Shown in pieces: positions 1-9,598 of a DNA stretch of 64,000 nucleotides (its first letter is position 1; each line of letters starts with the position of its first letter). Origin of the DNA: a virus (lineage: Duplodnaviria; Caudoviricetes); the IMG/VR virus record IMGVR_UViG_3300008262_000001; one strand, written 5' to 3'. A program made the translations under genes and the position numbers. The notes under the pieces were generated by a model that did no database searches, was not told the origin of the DNA, and worked only from the letters and a program-made list of their open reading frames with translations.

Positions 1-153
1 TAAAAGGTGTTGAACATCTATAATTGAATAGTAGTAGTCATCAATATCATATCCACCTCCTTCGTAGTTTTTTTTCAATTCACCCTTAAAAAAAGATTTC
101 ACATAATTCTCATACGCCTCATCAATAATCTGATTATATCTTTCTTTACTCAT
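1..153 (-). CDS. Small hypothetical protein, truncated by the window edge (MSKERYNQII...)
   Basis: ATG at 153 preceded by the same AGAAAGTT leader as its neighbours; the frame stays open to position 1. Confidence 0.5.
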   Translation of the reverse strand, partial: MSKERYNQIIDEAYENYVKSFFKGELKKNYEGGGYDIDDYYYSIIDVQHLL

Positions 154-159
154 AACTTT

Positions 160-351
160 CTATTTTTTAATATAACCTCTATTTTCTTTATAGACATAAA
201 GGATTTCATCATCTTTTATTTCAGGAAACCCATGTTGATATGTTTGAACTATAATTGATTTCCAATTACCCTCCATCGGCACATAACTTACTTCTGTCGG
301 ATTATCTAAATTGATTAGAAATGTTGGTTGTGTTACTTGTATTTTATTCAT
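160..351 (-). CDS. Small hypothetical protein
   Basis: 63-aa ORF with the shared repeated leader. Confidence 0.6.
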   Translation of the reverse strand: MNKIQVTQPTFLINLDNPTEVSYVPMEGNWKSIIVQTYQHGFPEIKDDEILYVYKENRGYIKK

Positions 352-590
352 AACTTTTTATTTTTTTGTTTATTAATTAGTTATGAAGAATGTTTTTTCA
401 CACAATTCATACACAATTTTATACCCTCTGCAACTCTAAATGCATGTGATTCATGTTCTGGGTTGTAATTCGCATAATACCAATATAGTTCGTTCATTTC
501 CAATAAAGCATTCTTCATAACATCAGATAAATGTAATTTTTCTATTTCTTCTTTATTCATAACTTTCTATTGTTTCGTTTATTAATTAGC
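349..590 (-). repeat. Imperfect ~37-nt direct repeat forming the leaders of tandem small ORFs
   Basis: CTAATTAATAAAC..AA.AATA.AAAGTTATGAATAA at ~346-380 and ~553-590; partial copy at ~150-170. Confidence 0.6.
381..560 (-). CDS. Small hypothetical protein (59 aa, MNKEEIEKLHLSDVM...), not in the ORF track
   Basis: Manually translated; ATG at 560, TAA at 383-381; shared leader. Confidence 0.55.
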   Translation of the reverse strand: MNKEEIEKLHLSDVMKNALLEMNELYWYYANYNPEHESHAFRVAEGIKLCMNCVKKHSS

Positions 591-600
591 TATAAAACAT

Positions 601-846
601 TTACAGAAACCAATCGTTATTCCAATAACCACCAAAAAGAGAAATTCTTACATCATCGCCAAACGCATACCAAGTTTGTTTGATTTTTACCTTTTCCATC
701 CAACGAATTTCTCTTTTATCCCATTTTTTACAAACGATTGGAAACCACGCAAATTTCACAATTTCTCGTTCTTCTAAATGTTCCTGTTTAATTTTACACT
801 TCATAATAAACGTTTTATAACAAGGTATATGTGAAATAAACATCAA
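601..846 (-). CDS. Hypothetical protein (start may be the internal MKCKIK)
   Basis: 81-aa ORF co-oriented with its neighbours. Confidence 0.55.
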   Translation of the reverse strand: MMFISHIPCYKTFIMKCKIKQEHLEEREIVKFAWFPIVCKKWDKREIRWMEKVKIKQTWYAFGDDVRISLFGGYWNNDWFL

Positions 847-947
847 CCGCTGTTTGTTTACTCATTGTATTTGTTTTTATGAATATGATAGAAATTTTAT
901 TGTTCCTGATGGGGTTGGTTCCGAAATAAGACCAAAAGTAGCTCAAA

Positions 948-1592
948 TCAATCTTCGATATGATGATCCTGAGGTAAAACCAAATTTAGAATAGACCTTT
1001 TTTCCATCAAGTTAAGGATGCTATTTAAAGATATGGGCTTTAATCCATTACCATCGACACCAACGTCCATAGATTTTCCAGGCGATATCCTTTTATTAGG
1101 TGGCAAATGTGTATGACCATGCAAGTGGATTATACCTTCATTCATTCCATCCCAACTGGCAATAGGAAAGTGCATACAAATTATACGAATTTTATCGATC
1201 AGTTTGCCATTTGGAATTCGGAGATCAAGTTTTAGATAGGATTGAACTGAAGAAAATAATTCCTGTATGTCGCCCTTGTTTCTTTCTATGTGATGGTCAT
1301 GATTACCAAGCACCAGGTGAATGTTTTTACATACTATTCTATTTCTAAATTCTGCAATTTTTTCGAATCCCCCGAAACTCCAATCCCCTAAATGTACGAG
1401 ATGATCGTTTTCACCTACTAAGGAATTTATATTATTAACTAAGGCTGAATTCATTTGATCTAAAGAACCAAAATCCCTAGTTAATGTGAGTGAATTTCCC
1501 CACTTGGTTGTTGCTCTGCAAATGTTAGCATGTGAGTAATGGGTGTCGCTTGTAAACCAAACTTTTTGGCCGTTTTCTAATGTGAGTTTCAT
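948..1592 (-). CDS. Calcineurin-like metallophosphoesterase
   Basis: Motifs FTSDTHYSH, HLGD, LGNHD, HFP, HGHTH. Confidence 0.92.
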   Translation of the reverse strand: MKLTLENGQKVWFTSDTHYSHANICRATTKWGNSLTLTRDFGSLDQMNSALVNNINSLVGENDHLVHLGDWSFGGFEKIAEFRNRIVCKNIHLVLGNHDHHIERNKGDIQELFSSVQSYLKLDLRIPNGKLIDKIRIICMHFPIASWDGMNEGIIHLHGHTHLPPNKRISPGKSMDVGVDGNGLKPISLNSILNLMEKRSILNLVLPQDHHIED

Positions 1593-1653
1593 TGAATAAT
1601 TGATATTGGAGAGTTCCTTACCTAAAACTAGGAGTTACTCACAATACATTTTG

Positions 1654-1774
1654 TAGCCAGGACAGGATTCGAACCTGTATGGACACATCTCTTTCCTAAG
1701 TTTCCCCGCTAAGGGATTTGTGAACGAAGCGAGTTCCGCACAACTTTAGCGTCTACCAATTCCGCCACCTGACT
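1654..1774 (-). tRNA. Atypical 121-nt class II tRNA-like RNA; anticodon not assignable
   Basis: Acceptor stem AGTCAGG/CCTGGCT; Leu/Ser/Tyr-type D arm GGCGGAATTGGTAGACGC; perfect T arm ACAGG-TTCGAAT-CCTGT; 70 nt between D and T arms; ends in ACAA with no encoded CCA. Confidence 0.7.
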
Positions 1775-1782
1775 AAAAGTTT

Positions 1783-2124
1783 TTAAAGGGATTTAAAAAC
1801 AGAGAAGACTTCTGAAATAGGAGTTCCGTTATTGAAAACGTGCATTGTATCCCCTGTCATAGTTCTTGCTCTTAGCTCTATACTAATAGTTGAGTGATTG
1901 TAATACATCGCGTATCTATTAGTAAGAGTGTTAAACCAAAGGATATTTCCCATTCCACCATCCTTTGTTTCCTTAACATCGATGTCTCCTTCAGATTTCC
2001 AAATAACGGCACCCATGAGAGCGAGGGCAATTTCTTGGACTCCTTGTGCATGGTGATCAGCACGTTCTAAAACACCATTAAAATACTCCTTAAGCAAATC
2101 TGCTGTTTCAACTTTAACTGCCAT
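1783..2124 (-). CDS. Integron cassette protein VCH_CASS14-like
   Basis: Resembles, from memory, V. cholerae Cass14: RADHHA..V.EIALAL.GA..W, NxLW, RYA.xYNH...IE.R, H.F.N.TP.S...xFKxL. Confidence 0.75.
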   Translation of the reverse strand: MAVKVETADLLKEYFNGVLERADHHAQGVQEIALALMGAVIWKSEGDIDVKETKDGGMGNILWFNTLTNRYAMYYNHSTISIELRARTMTGDTMHVFNNGTPISEVFSVFKSL

Positions 2125-2258
2125 AAAAATAGATTTTAAGATTAATATGGGTAAAAGTAACGAATTCCTCTCAAGGAAAAAAATGTTTTTGGATTTTTCC
2201 AGAAAATTTTTAAGTTTATCGATTGTTCTAATTGACCATAGTTACTGATATATACATC

Positions 2259-2693
2259 ATGCTATTTGCAGATGCTAAAGATATTAAGAGAGCTAATGAT
2301 TTAGGAAAACACTCCGGGGTTGTCAACTTGAGCCCGTTAGAAATAGCCAGAGGCAAAGCTTCTTCGATGGCTACAGCAATAACTGATAAGAGAAAGATCC
2401 TAGGAAGACTGGAAGCAGTTGCCTCAGTGTGGAACGATTTCTATGTTCTGATACCATTCATTGATCGTTGTGTTGATCTTTGGCCAGGTTCCCAATACGA
2501 AGAAGCCTATAAACTTGCTCACAATCTGAGAAGATACTTGAAGAATGACTTTAATTCTATTGGAATTTCTAACAAGATCATTAAAGATAGAAATTTTTTA
2601 AAAAACAGTTCTGGAATCGTCTTAACTGGGCACTCCTATGAGTTTGATGAGTTAGCAAGAACTATATTCAATACATTAATGAGATATAACTAA
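2259..2693 (+). CDS. Hypothetical protein (start probably ATG 2259)
   Basis: GATATATA motif at 2247-2254 lies just upstream of ATG 2259. Confidence 0.65.
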   Translation: MLFADAKDIKRANDLGKHSGVVNLSPLEIARGKASSMATAITDKRKILGRLEAVASVWNDFYVLIPFIDRCVDLWPGSQYEEAYKLAHNLRRYLKNDFNSIGISNKIIKDRNFLKNSSGIVLTGHSYEFDELARTIFNTLMRYN

Positions 2694-2704
2694 GGGTATT
2701 ACAA

Positions 2705-3097
2705 ATGCTTAAGAAGGGTGAAATAAAAAACTTAGGACCTCTCAGCATAGTAATGCCTGATTCTAAAAGTTATAAAACTGGAGACGATACACTTCATTTA
2801 TTAATGCTCAATGGAATGACATTTAAAGAAGCCTTCGAAAATGCGAAATATAATTATCCAGGATGGAGACTTCCAACCATTAATGAATGCAATTATATCA
2901 ATTCATTGAACTACATAGGACCAGGAGGAAAGGGTATTGTAGAATTGCCTTTCAATTTCTACTGGACCTCTGAAGACTACTCTTCGGCTTTAGCTTTTGT
3001 TTACAAACCAAATTATTTGGCAGGAGTAGGGAGGTTTTCACAGATGCTTAAAGAAGAAAAAGTTAAAGTTTTGTACGTCAAAGATTCCCTCATTTAA
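2705..3097 (+). CDS. DUF1566/Lcl-like protein
   Basis: GWRLPTINE and YWTS motifs; paralog of 4596..4910. Confidence 0.55.
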   Translation: MLKKGEIKNLGPLSIVMPDSKSYKTGDDTLHLLMLNGMTFKEAFENAKYNYPGWRLPTINECNYINSLNYIGPGGKGIVELPFNFYWTSEDYSSALAFVYKPNYLAGVGRFSQMLKEEKVKVLYVKDSLI

Positions 3098-3122
3098 CCA
3101 GAAATATATAAAAATAAAAACT

Positions 3123-3722
3123 ATGAGCTACACTAGAGAACAAATTGAAGCTGCAATTAAGAGCAAAGGTTATGCTTGGTTTGAAGGAGAGAAAGACTAT
3201 GATGTGAATATTGTAGGTATTAGAAACTCCTCAACAGGACAAAAAGTAACAAACGTTTTTGATGATGTTCTAACCATTTCTTACAAAGTAAATGGAGAAT
3301 GGAAATTTCATTCTTGGCCAGCCACAACAGATCCAGGTAAAAAAGGCGTTTTAGAATATCACAACTCAGCAGGGGTAGCTAGATTAGTTGAAGGACAATA
3401 TCGTGGATCTCATGCAATTGGTCTTCACCAAGGAAGATATGAAGCTCTTAAGCAAGCTAAAGCTGTTAAAGTCTACAGAGACGCTGATCGTGATCTTGAA
3501 TATGACGAGCAAAGAACTCAAGAGGGCGTATTTGGTATTAATATACACAAAGCAGGGGCAGATTCAACTTATGTTGAAAATTGGTCAGAAGGGTGTCAAG
3601 TTTTTAAGAAGTCAGCAGATTTTGATGCCTTCATGGAAATTTGTAGAAAAGCCAAAGATATTCATGGTAATTCTTTCACTTACACTCTTATTGAATCCTC
3701 AGATTTAGCACCAAAAGCTTAA
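3123..3722 (+). CDS. Putative peptidoglycan hydrolase/endolysin with a YkuD (L,D-transpeptidase)-like catalytic motif
   Basis: NIVGIRN, TTDPG, GINIHKAG...NWSEGCQV (His...S-x-G-C). Confidence 0.65.
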   Translation: MSYTREQIEAAIKSKGYAWFEGEKDYDVNIVGIRNSSTGQKVTNVFDDVLTISYKVNGEWKFHSWPATTDPGKKGVLEYHNSAGVARLVEGQYRGSHAIGLHQGRYEALKQAKAVKVYRDADRDLEYDEQRTQEGVFGINIHKAGADSTYVENWSEGCQVFKKSADFDAFMEICRKAKDIHGNSFTYTLIESSDLAPKA

Positions 3723-3777
3723 TTTCCAATTTCGATCGAAACAATTGTTATTGAAGTCAATTCAATGATAAAAGGGA

Positions 3778-4587
3778 ATGAAGTCGAGATTCAAAATAGA
3801 TTCAATTAGAACGCAAAGGGAAGTGTTGGGTGTAAGAGCACCTTCACGAATCGAGGAGAGAAGATATCTTCTTTTTCCTAAGGATAATGCAGTAACCAGA
3901 TCACTCTACAATAATGAACTTTATGAGCCTTGGCTTTATAACTTTATCTACCTCAACAACATTGATATCAAGTCTACTGAGATCATAGATATTGGAGCAA
4001 ATAATGGACAGATCTCAGTTGAGTTTGGTAATTTAGTTGGTGATAAGGGCAAGGTTCATTCATTCGAACCCCAAAGGATTATTTACTATCAATTGTGTGG
4101 TAATGTCTTTTTCAATGGGTTAGACAACGTTTTTTGTTACAATATGGCTCTTGGAAATACTGAAGGCTATATTGATATCGAAGCACCAGATTACCACTCA
4201 AAAGACTGGGTCAATTTCGGAGATGTTCATGTTGGACTTGGATTTGAAAAATCAGACCGGGTAGAGATTAAAAAGCTAGACAGTTTCACTTTTGAAAATG
4301 TTAGCGTCATAAAAATAGATGTTCAAGGCTTTGAACTTGAAGTGATTGAAGGTGCTGAACAAACTATTAACAAACATCGTCCTGTCATATTTATTGAGAT
4401 AGAAGAAGACCAATTGGGAAAATATGGAAAAACCTCTGATGATGTTATCACAAAATTAGAGTCTCTAGGTTATAGTGTTAGAAGATTCTTAGAGGATCTT
4501 CCTTTTTTTACAGTGTCAGGAAAATGTCTTGATTTTTTTGCAGTGCCTTCTGAAAAATACGATATAAGCTCCATGAAAGACAGATAA
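3778..4587 (+). CDS. FkbM family SAM-dependent methyltransferase
   Basis: IDIGANNG, SFEPQ, IKIDVQGFELEVIEGA, RPVIFIE. Confidence 0.9.
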   Translation: MKSRFKIDSIRTQREVLGVRAPSRIEERRYLLFPKDNAVTRSLYNNELYEPWLYNFIYLNNIDIKSTEIIDIGANNGQISVEFGNLVGDKGKVHSFEPQRIIYYQLCGNVFFNGLDNVFCYNMALGNTEGYIDIEAPDYHSKDWVNFGDVHVGLGFEKSDRVEIKKLDSFTFENVSVIKIDVQGFELEVIEGAEQTINKHRPVIFIEIEEDQLGKYGKTSDDVITKLESLGYSVRRFLEDLPFFTVSGKCLDFFAVPSEKYDISSMKDR

Positions 4588-4595
4588 ATACCTAT

Positions 4596-4910
4596 ATGAA
4601 CTATAGGATTAGCGGTTTTGGAATAGAGATAATGAATAAGGACATTGCCAAGTGTAATTTCGAAGATGCTAAAGAAATAATTGGGGAAATTGGAGAAGGG
4701 TGGAGACTTCCTAAAGCTGAAGAATGCTTTGCAATTTTTTCACTCAAGCAATTAGAATGTGGCAATTTTCATGATTCATTTTATTGGATATCCGATCCAG
4801 TAATGACCAATGATCCTCGGATGAGACACATCTTCAGACCTGACAAGTTTTTTGTTGCAACAAGGAGCAAAAATGATCTTTATTATGTTCGTCCGGTAAG
4901 GGATATATAA
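4596..4910 (+). CDS. DUF1566/Lcl-like protein
   Basis: GWRLPKAEE, YWIS, C-terminal VRPVR. Confidence 0.55.
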   Translation: MNYRISGFGIEIMNKDIAKCNFEDAKEIIGEIGEGWRLPKAEECFAIFSLKQLECGNFHDSFYWISDPVMTNDPRMRHIFRPDKFFVATRSKNDLYYVRPVRDI

Positions 4911-4956
4911 ACAAAGCCAAGGCTACGGATGAAACATCCATGACATTTATAAAAAC

Positions 4957-7416
4957 ATGATACAAAATTATCCTTTTTTTGCGAATCTTTTAGAACTAAG
5001 AAAGGAGCAGTTCGAAAGAAATACTGCTCATATGAATCTTTCTAAAGAGGAAAAAGATAGAAGATGGAGGGTTTTTGAGCAACAGCAAGCTGCAGAAATG
5101 GCGATGGCTATGCACGCTATGAATGGACAATCAAACTTTTCTGCTTTCGAATCAACTTGGAAAACTGACAATACTGTTTCAGCATCTGGATACTTGTATT
5201 CTGGCTCATCAACATCCACACAAGTTAATAGGCCTAGAGCTAGTATATCACCAAATGTAAGTGGAGCAACCGGAAGCACATCACTGACTTTTGCAAGTCC
5301 ACCAACTACCAGCTCTGGGTCTGAAGCTCTGTTTGTGGGTGCATACATTTTTGGAGGTGGCCTTACAGGAGGAACAAAAATTTCAAATATTTCAGGGAAT
5401 ACAATTACCCTTACCCTTCCAACTAGTCGTGTTACAACCAATGCTCAACTCTTCGTTAGCTTAACAACTCTTCCTAATCAAATTAGGTTGCCTTTAGTTT
5501 CAAATGGGAGTTATAATTTTTATGTAGATTGGGGTGATGGAAATGTAGATTTAATAACAAGATGGGACCAGCCAGAAGTTTTGCACACATACTCCACTGC
5601 TGGAACATATAATGTTAAAATACTTGGAAACATTACTGGCTGGAATTTTGCTTTTAATACGGATGCCAATAAAATCATAAAAATAAATAAGTGGGGTTGT
5701 TTAAGGTTTGTAGACCCCTCAAGCAGTATAAGTTCGGGCTTCTTCTGCGGATGCAATGCCCTAGATTTAACCGAAGTATCTGATCTTCCTTATCTTAGAA
5801 ACCTCTCCAGTTTAAAAAATATGTTTGCCTATTTTTGGGCAGAAAGAAGTCAGGGTACATCACCCCCAAGAATTAATAGGCTAAATGAATGGGATGTTTC
5901 CTTTATCCAAGATTTTTCTGGTATGTTCCAACAAAATCAATACTTCAACCAAAATATAGGAGATTGGGACGTATCGAATGCTACAAATATGAGTGCAATG
6001 TTTGCTTCTTACCAGTCAGTAGGAGGAGGGTTGCAACCGGGGATTTTTGATAATGGTGGGAGTGATTCAATTGGTAATTGGAAAGTAGGTAAAGTGACAA
6101 GCATGGCAAATATGTTTCTTTTTCAAGGAAGTTTTAATAGAGCGATAGGAAATTGGGACGTAAGCAATGTAAGGACCTTTTATAGATTTATGAAAGGACC
6201 AGATTTAGGTGCTAATGCCGGTGGTGGAATATTTAACAAGCCTTTGAATTGGAATCCACGAAGTGCAGTCACAATGGAAGAAATGTTCTACTACCAACGA
6301 TCATTTAACCAAGATATTGGAGGATGGGACGTGGGCAAAGTTCAAAATTTCAACTCATTTCTTGCAATTCCGTTTCTGACTGGTACAAATAATGGAGCAT
6401 TTAATAACGGAGGTGCAGACACTCTAAAATATTGGAATACATCCAGTGCTACTACCATGAACAAGATGTTTCAAAAACAACCCCAATTTAATCAAAATAT
6501 TGGAACATGGAATGTCAGTAATGTTACAGACATGAGGGAGATGTTTTATAGTATAGATAGTACAGCTGTTGTTTTGGGGAATTTTAACAACGGAGGATCA
6601 GATTCTATTAAAAATTGGGATGTGTCAAAGGTTACTACATTTAATACAACTTTCTATAATCAACCAAACTTTAATCAACCAATTGGTCAATGGAGACCTT
6701 CGGCATGTAGGATTCTTGATTACATGTTTGGAAACCAAAATATAGGTCAAGGTTTCAATCAAAATATAAATGGATGGGGCGCATACACAGGAGCAGTTCA
6801 ATCCATGGTAGGAATGTTTTATAGGAATAGTTCCTATAATCAGCCGATGGACCAATGGAACACTTCTAATGTCACTACTATGGAAAAAATATTCAATGAT
6901 GCCAATGCATTTAACCAGAACATTGGGTCATGGAACGTAGTTAATGTTATAAGAATGGATTCAATGTTTGAAAGAACAACCGCAGGAGCTGGAGGATTCA
7001 ATAATGGAGGAAGTAGTGATATTAACAATTGGAATATGGTTAACGTTAAAAGAGTAACAAAGATGTTCAAAAATCAAACCTCGTTTAATCAACCTCTTGG
7101 AAACTGGAACATAGCAACTCTTGGAGCAGGATTTACTTATACCGCGCCTTCTGGTTCATACGGAACCTCTGGGACTGTTACTTTGGCTAACAATAGAGAT
7201 CAAGCTTTCCAAGAATTCATGGCAGGAAAAACATTCAACGATTACTCAACCGCAAATTATGATGCAACTCTAATTGGTTGGGCTTCTAGAGCATCTCAAA
7301 CAGCAATAAAAGTAAATTTTGGGACAATAAGGTACACAGCATCAGCAACAACAGCACACGAGACTACTTTGAGAATTGGGCGTGGATGGAGCTTTACTGA
7401 TGGAGGGCAGATATAA
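4957..7416 (+). CDS. DUF285/BspA-like surface-repeat protein with a PKD-like domain; candidate virion fibre/receptor-binding protein
   Basis: Many FNQxIGxWxVSxVTxMxxMF repeats; VDWGDG...HTYSTAGTY. Confidence 0.85.
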   Translation: MIQNYPFFANLLELRKEQFERNTAHMNLSKEEKDRRWRVFEQQQAAEMAMAMHAMNGQSNFSAFESTWKTDNTVSASGYLYSGSSTSTQVNRPRASISPNVSGATGSTSLTFASPPTTSSGSEALFVGAYIFGGGLTGGTKISNISGNTITLTLPTSRVTTNAQLFVSLTTLPNQIRLPLVSNGSYNFYVDWGDGNVDLITRWDQPEVLHTYSTAGTYNVKILGNITGWNFAFNTDANKIIKINKWGCLRFVDPSSSISSGFFCGCNALDLTEVSDLPYLRNLSSLKNMFAYFWAERSQGTSPPRINRLNEWDVSFIQDFSGMFQQNQYFNQNIGDWDVSNATNMSAMFASYQSVGGGLQPGIFDNGGSDSIGNWKVGKVTSMANMFLFQGSFNRAIGNWDVSNVRTFYRFMKGPDLGANAGGGIFNKPLNWNPRSAVTMEEMFYYQRSFNQDIGGWDVGKVQNFNSFLAIPFLTGTNNGAFNNGGADTLKYWNTSSATTMNKMFQKQPQFNQNIGTWNVSNVTDMREMFYSIDSTAVVLGNFNNGGSDSIKNWDVSKVTTFNTTFYNQPNFNQPIGQWRPSACRILDYMFGNQNIGQGFNQNINGWGAYTGAVQSMVGMFYRNSSYNQPMDQWNTSNVTTMEKIFNDANAFNQNIGSWNVVNVIRMDSMFERTTAGAGGFNNGGSSDINNWNMVNVKRVTKMFKNQTSFNQPLGNWNIATLGAGFTYTAPSGSYGTSGTVTLANNRDQAFQEFMAGKTFNDYSTANYDATLIGWASRASQTAIKVNFGTIRYTASATTAHETTLRIGRGWSFTDGGQI

Positions 7417-7430
7417 AATAAAAATTTAAA

Positions 7431-8510
7431 ATGGCAACTGGATATTTTTTATGTACAGATGGAGAAGAAATCTTCCATACTTTCTTTCTTGAAAATCAGG
7501 TTTTGGCTACAGGTCAGCCTATTACAAATAGCTATGCAAGTGAAGAGGCAATGGCAGTAGCTATAGGAACTTATACAGGAATTCCTGGTTACTACTATGA
7601 AAACTTGGTTATACTACCATCTCCTGGTCCATTCTCCCCTCCTCCACCAGGTGAACAACCAGAAACTACATTGACAACAGTCAATACTACTTACGGACCA
7701 ACATTTGCACAAGCGTGGACTGTTACTGGAGAAGATGTAGATTACTTACAAGGCAGAGAAATCCAAATCCAAGAAGGACCTTTCTTAATTACAGGTATAG
7801 TTTCAATTATTGAGTCTTATGCTTTCAATGAAACTCAAACTTATTTTAATTTAGTTTCTCCAAATAGTTTTCAGCCATATATAAACTATCAATTGGAAGG
7901 ATTTACTGGAACTATAACTTCTTTCACAGAAAATGCTTCTGAGTATGGATTTTTCTCAGGAATTACAACCGCTGTTCCTACTTCGCCATCGACTCAGGGA
8001 TTTCAGATGTATGGGGATCTAAGAGATTATGCTGGATATAGAGTATATTATTATGACAATCAGGTTCCTCAGTCAGAAGTTGTGTTAGGAGTGATAAGTT
8101 ATAGCGCAGGAACTTCGTTATGTTATTTGCTCTCTGGAGGATCAGAAATTCCTTATGCTTCAACAGGCAATTTCGTAAGTTTCATCATTACAAACGATGC
8201 AGAATTAGTTCTCCCTCCAGCAGTATCAAGGTTTGAAGGTAATGGAAGAACCGCATATCAAGGCGCAATTCCATCAGAACAATATTTTGATATATTCGAG
8301 GACATTCAAGTTATTCCTGGGTTCGGTTCTTCTCCTATGGAAATTCATATCTTTAAAAATGGGGTAGAAACCGTTGGTATTCTACAAGACGTTTTTTCTT
8401 GGGGTGAGGATGCAACTCCTTATTCTAGAATTTACGTTGAGGTAAGTGGTGTTCCTGTACCTTTTGCTGATCAAGGAACACCAATAACTTGGTATATTGA
8501 TCCGGCCTAA
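7431..8510 (+). CDS. Acidic beta-rich hypothetical protein, paralog of 8525..9592
   Basis: Shared segments such as EIQEGxFxxTGIxSIxESYAFNxTxTxFxLVSPNSFxPY and FxGxGRT. Confidence 0.8.
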   Translation: MATGYFLCTDGEEIFHTFFLENQVLATGQPITNSYASEEAMAVAIGTYTGIPGYYYENLVILPSPGPFSPPPPGEQPETTLTTVNTTYGPTFAQAWTVTGEDVDYLQGREIQIQEGPFLITGIVSIIESYAFNETQTYFNLVSPNSFQPYINYQLEGFTGTITSFTENASEYGFFSGITTAVPTSPSTQGFQMYGDLRDYAGYRVYYYDNQVPQSEVVLGVISYSAGTSLCYLLSGGSEIPYASTGNFVSFIITNDAELVLPPAVSRFEGNGRTAYQGAIPSEQYFDIFEDIQVIPGFGSSPMEIHIFKNGVETVGILQDVFSWGEDATPYSRIYVEVSGVPVPFADQGTPITWYIDPA

Positions 8511-8524
8511 AAAAATTATAAAAA

Positions 8525-9592
8525 ATGCCACAATACTACTACTTAGTTACAGATTCAGATGAAATTTTTTACTATGGATTACTCGAGGACGGTCAACAAT
8601 TATCTACGGGTCTTCCAACAACATTGACCTATAATAATGAGTCAGACTTAGCACAAGGGTTGGGGACAGTAACTGGTAATCCCCTATATTACTATGAAAA
8701 TCAGGAAGAAGACCCAGCGAATCCAACAACTGGGGGTCCAGGGGTTTCAACTTTAGTTACAACAAATGATCCATATGAAATTGCAGCGGGGAGTTTTCTA
8801 CAAACATGGAAAGTTTCAGGAACAGACTTAGATTATTTAGAAAACTCAACAGTAGAAATACAGGAAGGTAATTTTGTTCTTACAGGAATATTTTCAATTC
8901 TTGAAAGTTATGCTTTTAACCAAACCGAAACAATATTCCAATTAGTTTCTCCAAATTCTTTTTTACCCTATGAGTATTATGGTCTCAATGGAATGCCTGG
9001 AAAATTAATAATTTCACCATCATCAGGAGTGGGATCTGATTATAATTACTATTATTTTTCCGGATTATCAAAACAGGAATTTACTGATCCAACTTTTCAG
9101 TATTTCAGGATGCAAGGAAACCTGGATGGCTTTGATGGAGAAAATGTAATTTTAAGATGGGTTGGCTCTGAAATAAGTGGTGTTGCGTTACAGGTTATCG
9201 AACCTTATGACTCAGGATCGAACATCACCCTTTGTAAAGTGGATTCTGCATTCCAAATTTCCGATGTTCCTGTCTATATGATAATAACAATAGATCCAAA
9301 TCAACCATTACCCCCGACTGTTGGACAATTTACTGGGAAAGGTCGGACATCTTTTCAAGACCCAGATGCTTCGATTCAATATTTTGACATTTATGAGGAC
9401 TTCACACAGTTTTCACCTGGAGGTAGTATTAACGTGACAAAACAAGACGGATCTTCTGTTTCTGGTTCTATTTCGGAGGTTTATTTTTGGGGAGAAGAAT
9501 TAACCCCAGTTACTAGAATCTACATTGAGGGTGTAACAGGACCAGCACCTTTCGAAGATTCTGGAACATCAATATCATGGAGAGCAGATTAG
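8525..9592 (+). CDS. Acidic beta-rich hypothetical protein, paralog of 7431..8510
   Basis: Colinear similarity over its full length. Confidence 0.8.
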   Translation: MPQYYYLVTDSDEIFYYGLLEDGQQLSTGLPTTLTYNNESDLAQGLGTVTGNPLYYYENQEEDPANPTTGGPGVSTLVTTNDPYEIAAGSFLQTWKVSGTDLDYLENSTVEIQEGNFVLTGIFSILESYAFNQTETIFQLVSPNSFLPYEYYGLNGMPGKLIISPSSGVGSDYNYYYFSGLSKQEFTDPTFQYFRMQGNLDGFDGENVILRWVGSEISGVALQVIEPYDSGSNITLCKVDSAFQISDVPVYMIITIDPNQPLPPTVGQFTGKGRTSFQDPDASIQYFDIYEDFTQFSPGGSINVTKQDGSSVSGSISEVYFWGEELTPVTRIYIEGVTGPAPFEDSGTSISWRAD

Positions 9593-9598
9593 AAACGT

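Noticed and set aside
380-521. 13-bp inverted repeat GTTATGAAGAATG / CATTCTTCATAAC
   Set aside because: Both arms fall within one small ORF in AT-rich sequence, with no transposase or target-site duplication; probably chance
1690-1700. tRNA-Leu(UAG) call from the CTTAGGA heptamer
   Set aside because: The flanking bases (GGAAA/AAGAG) do not form an anticodon stem, and the heptamer sits at the wrong position
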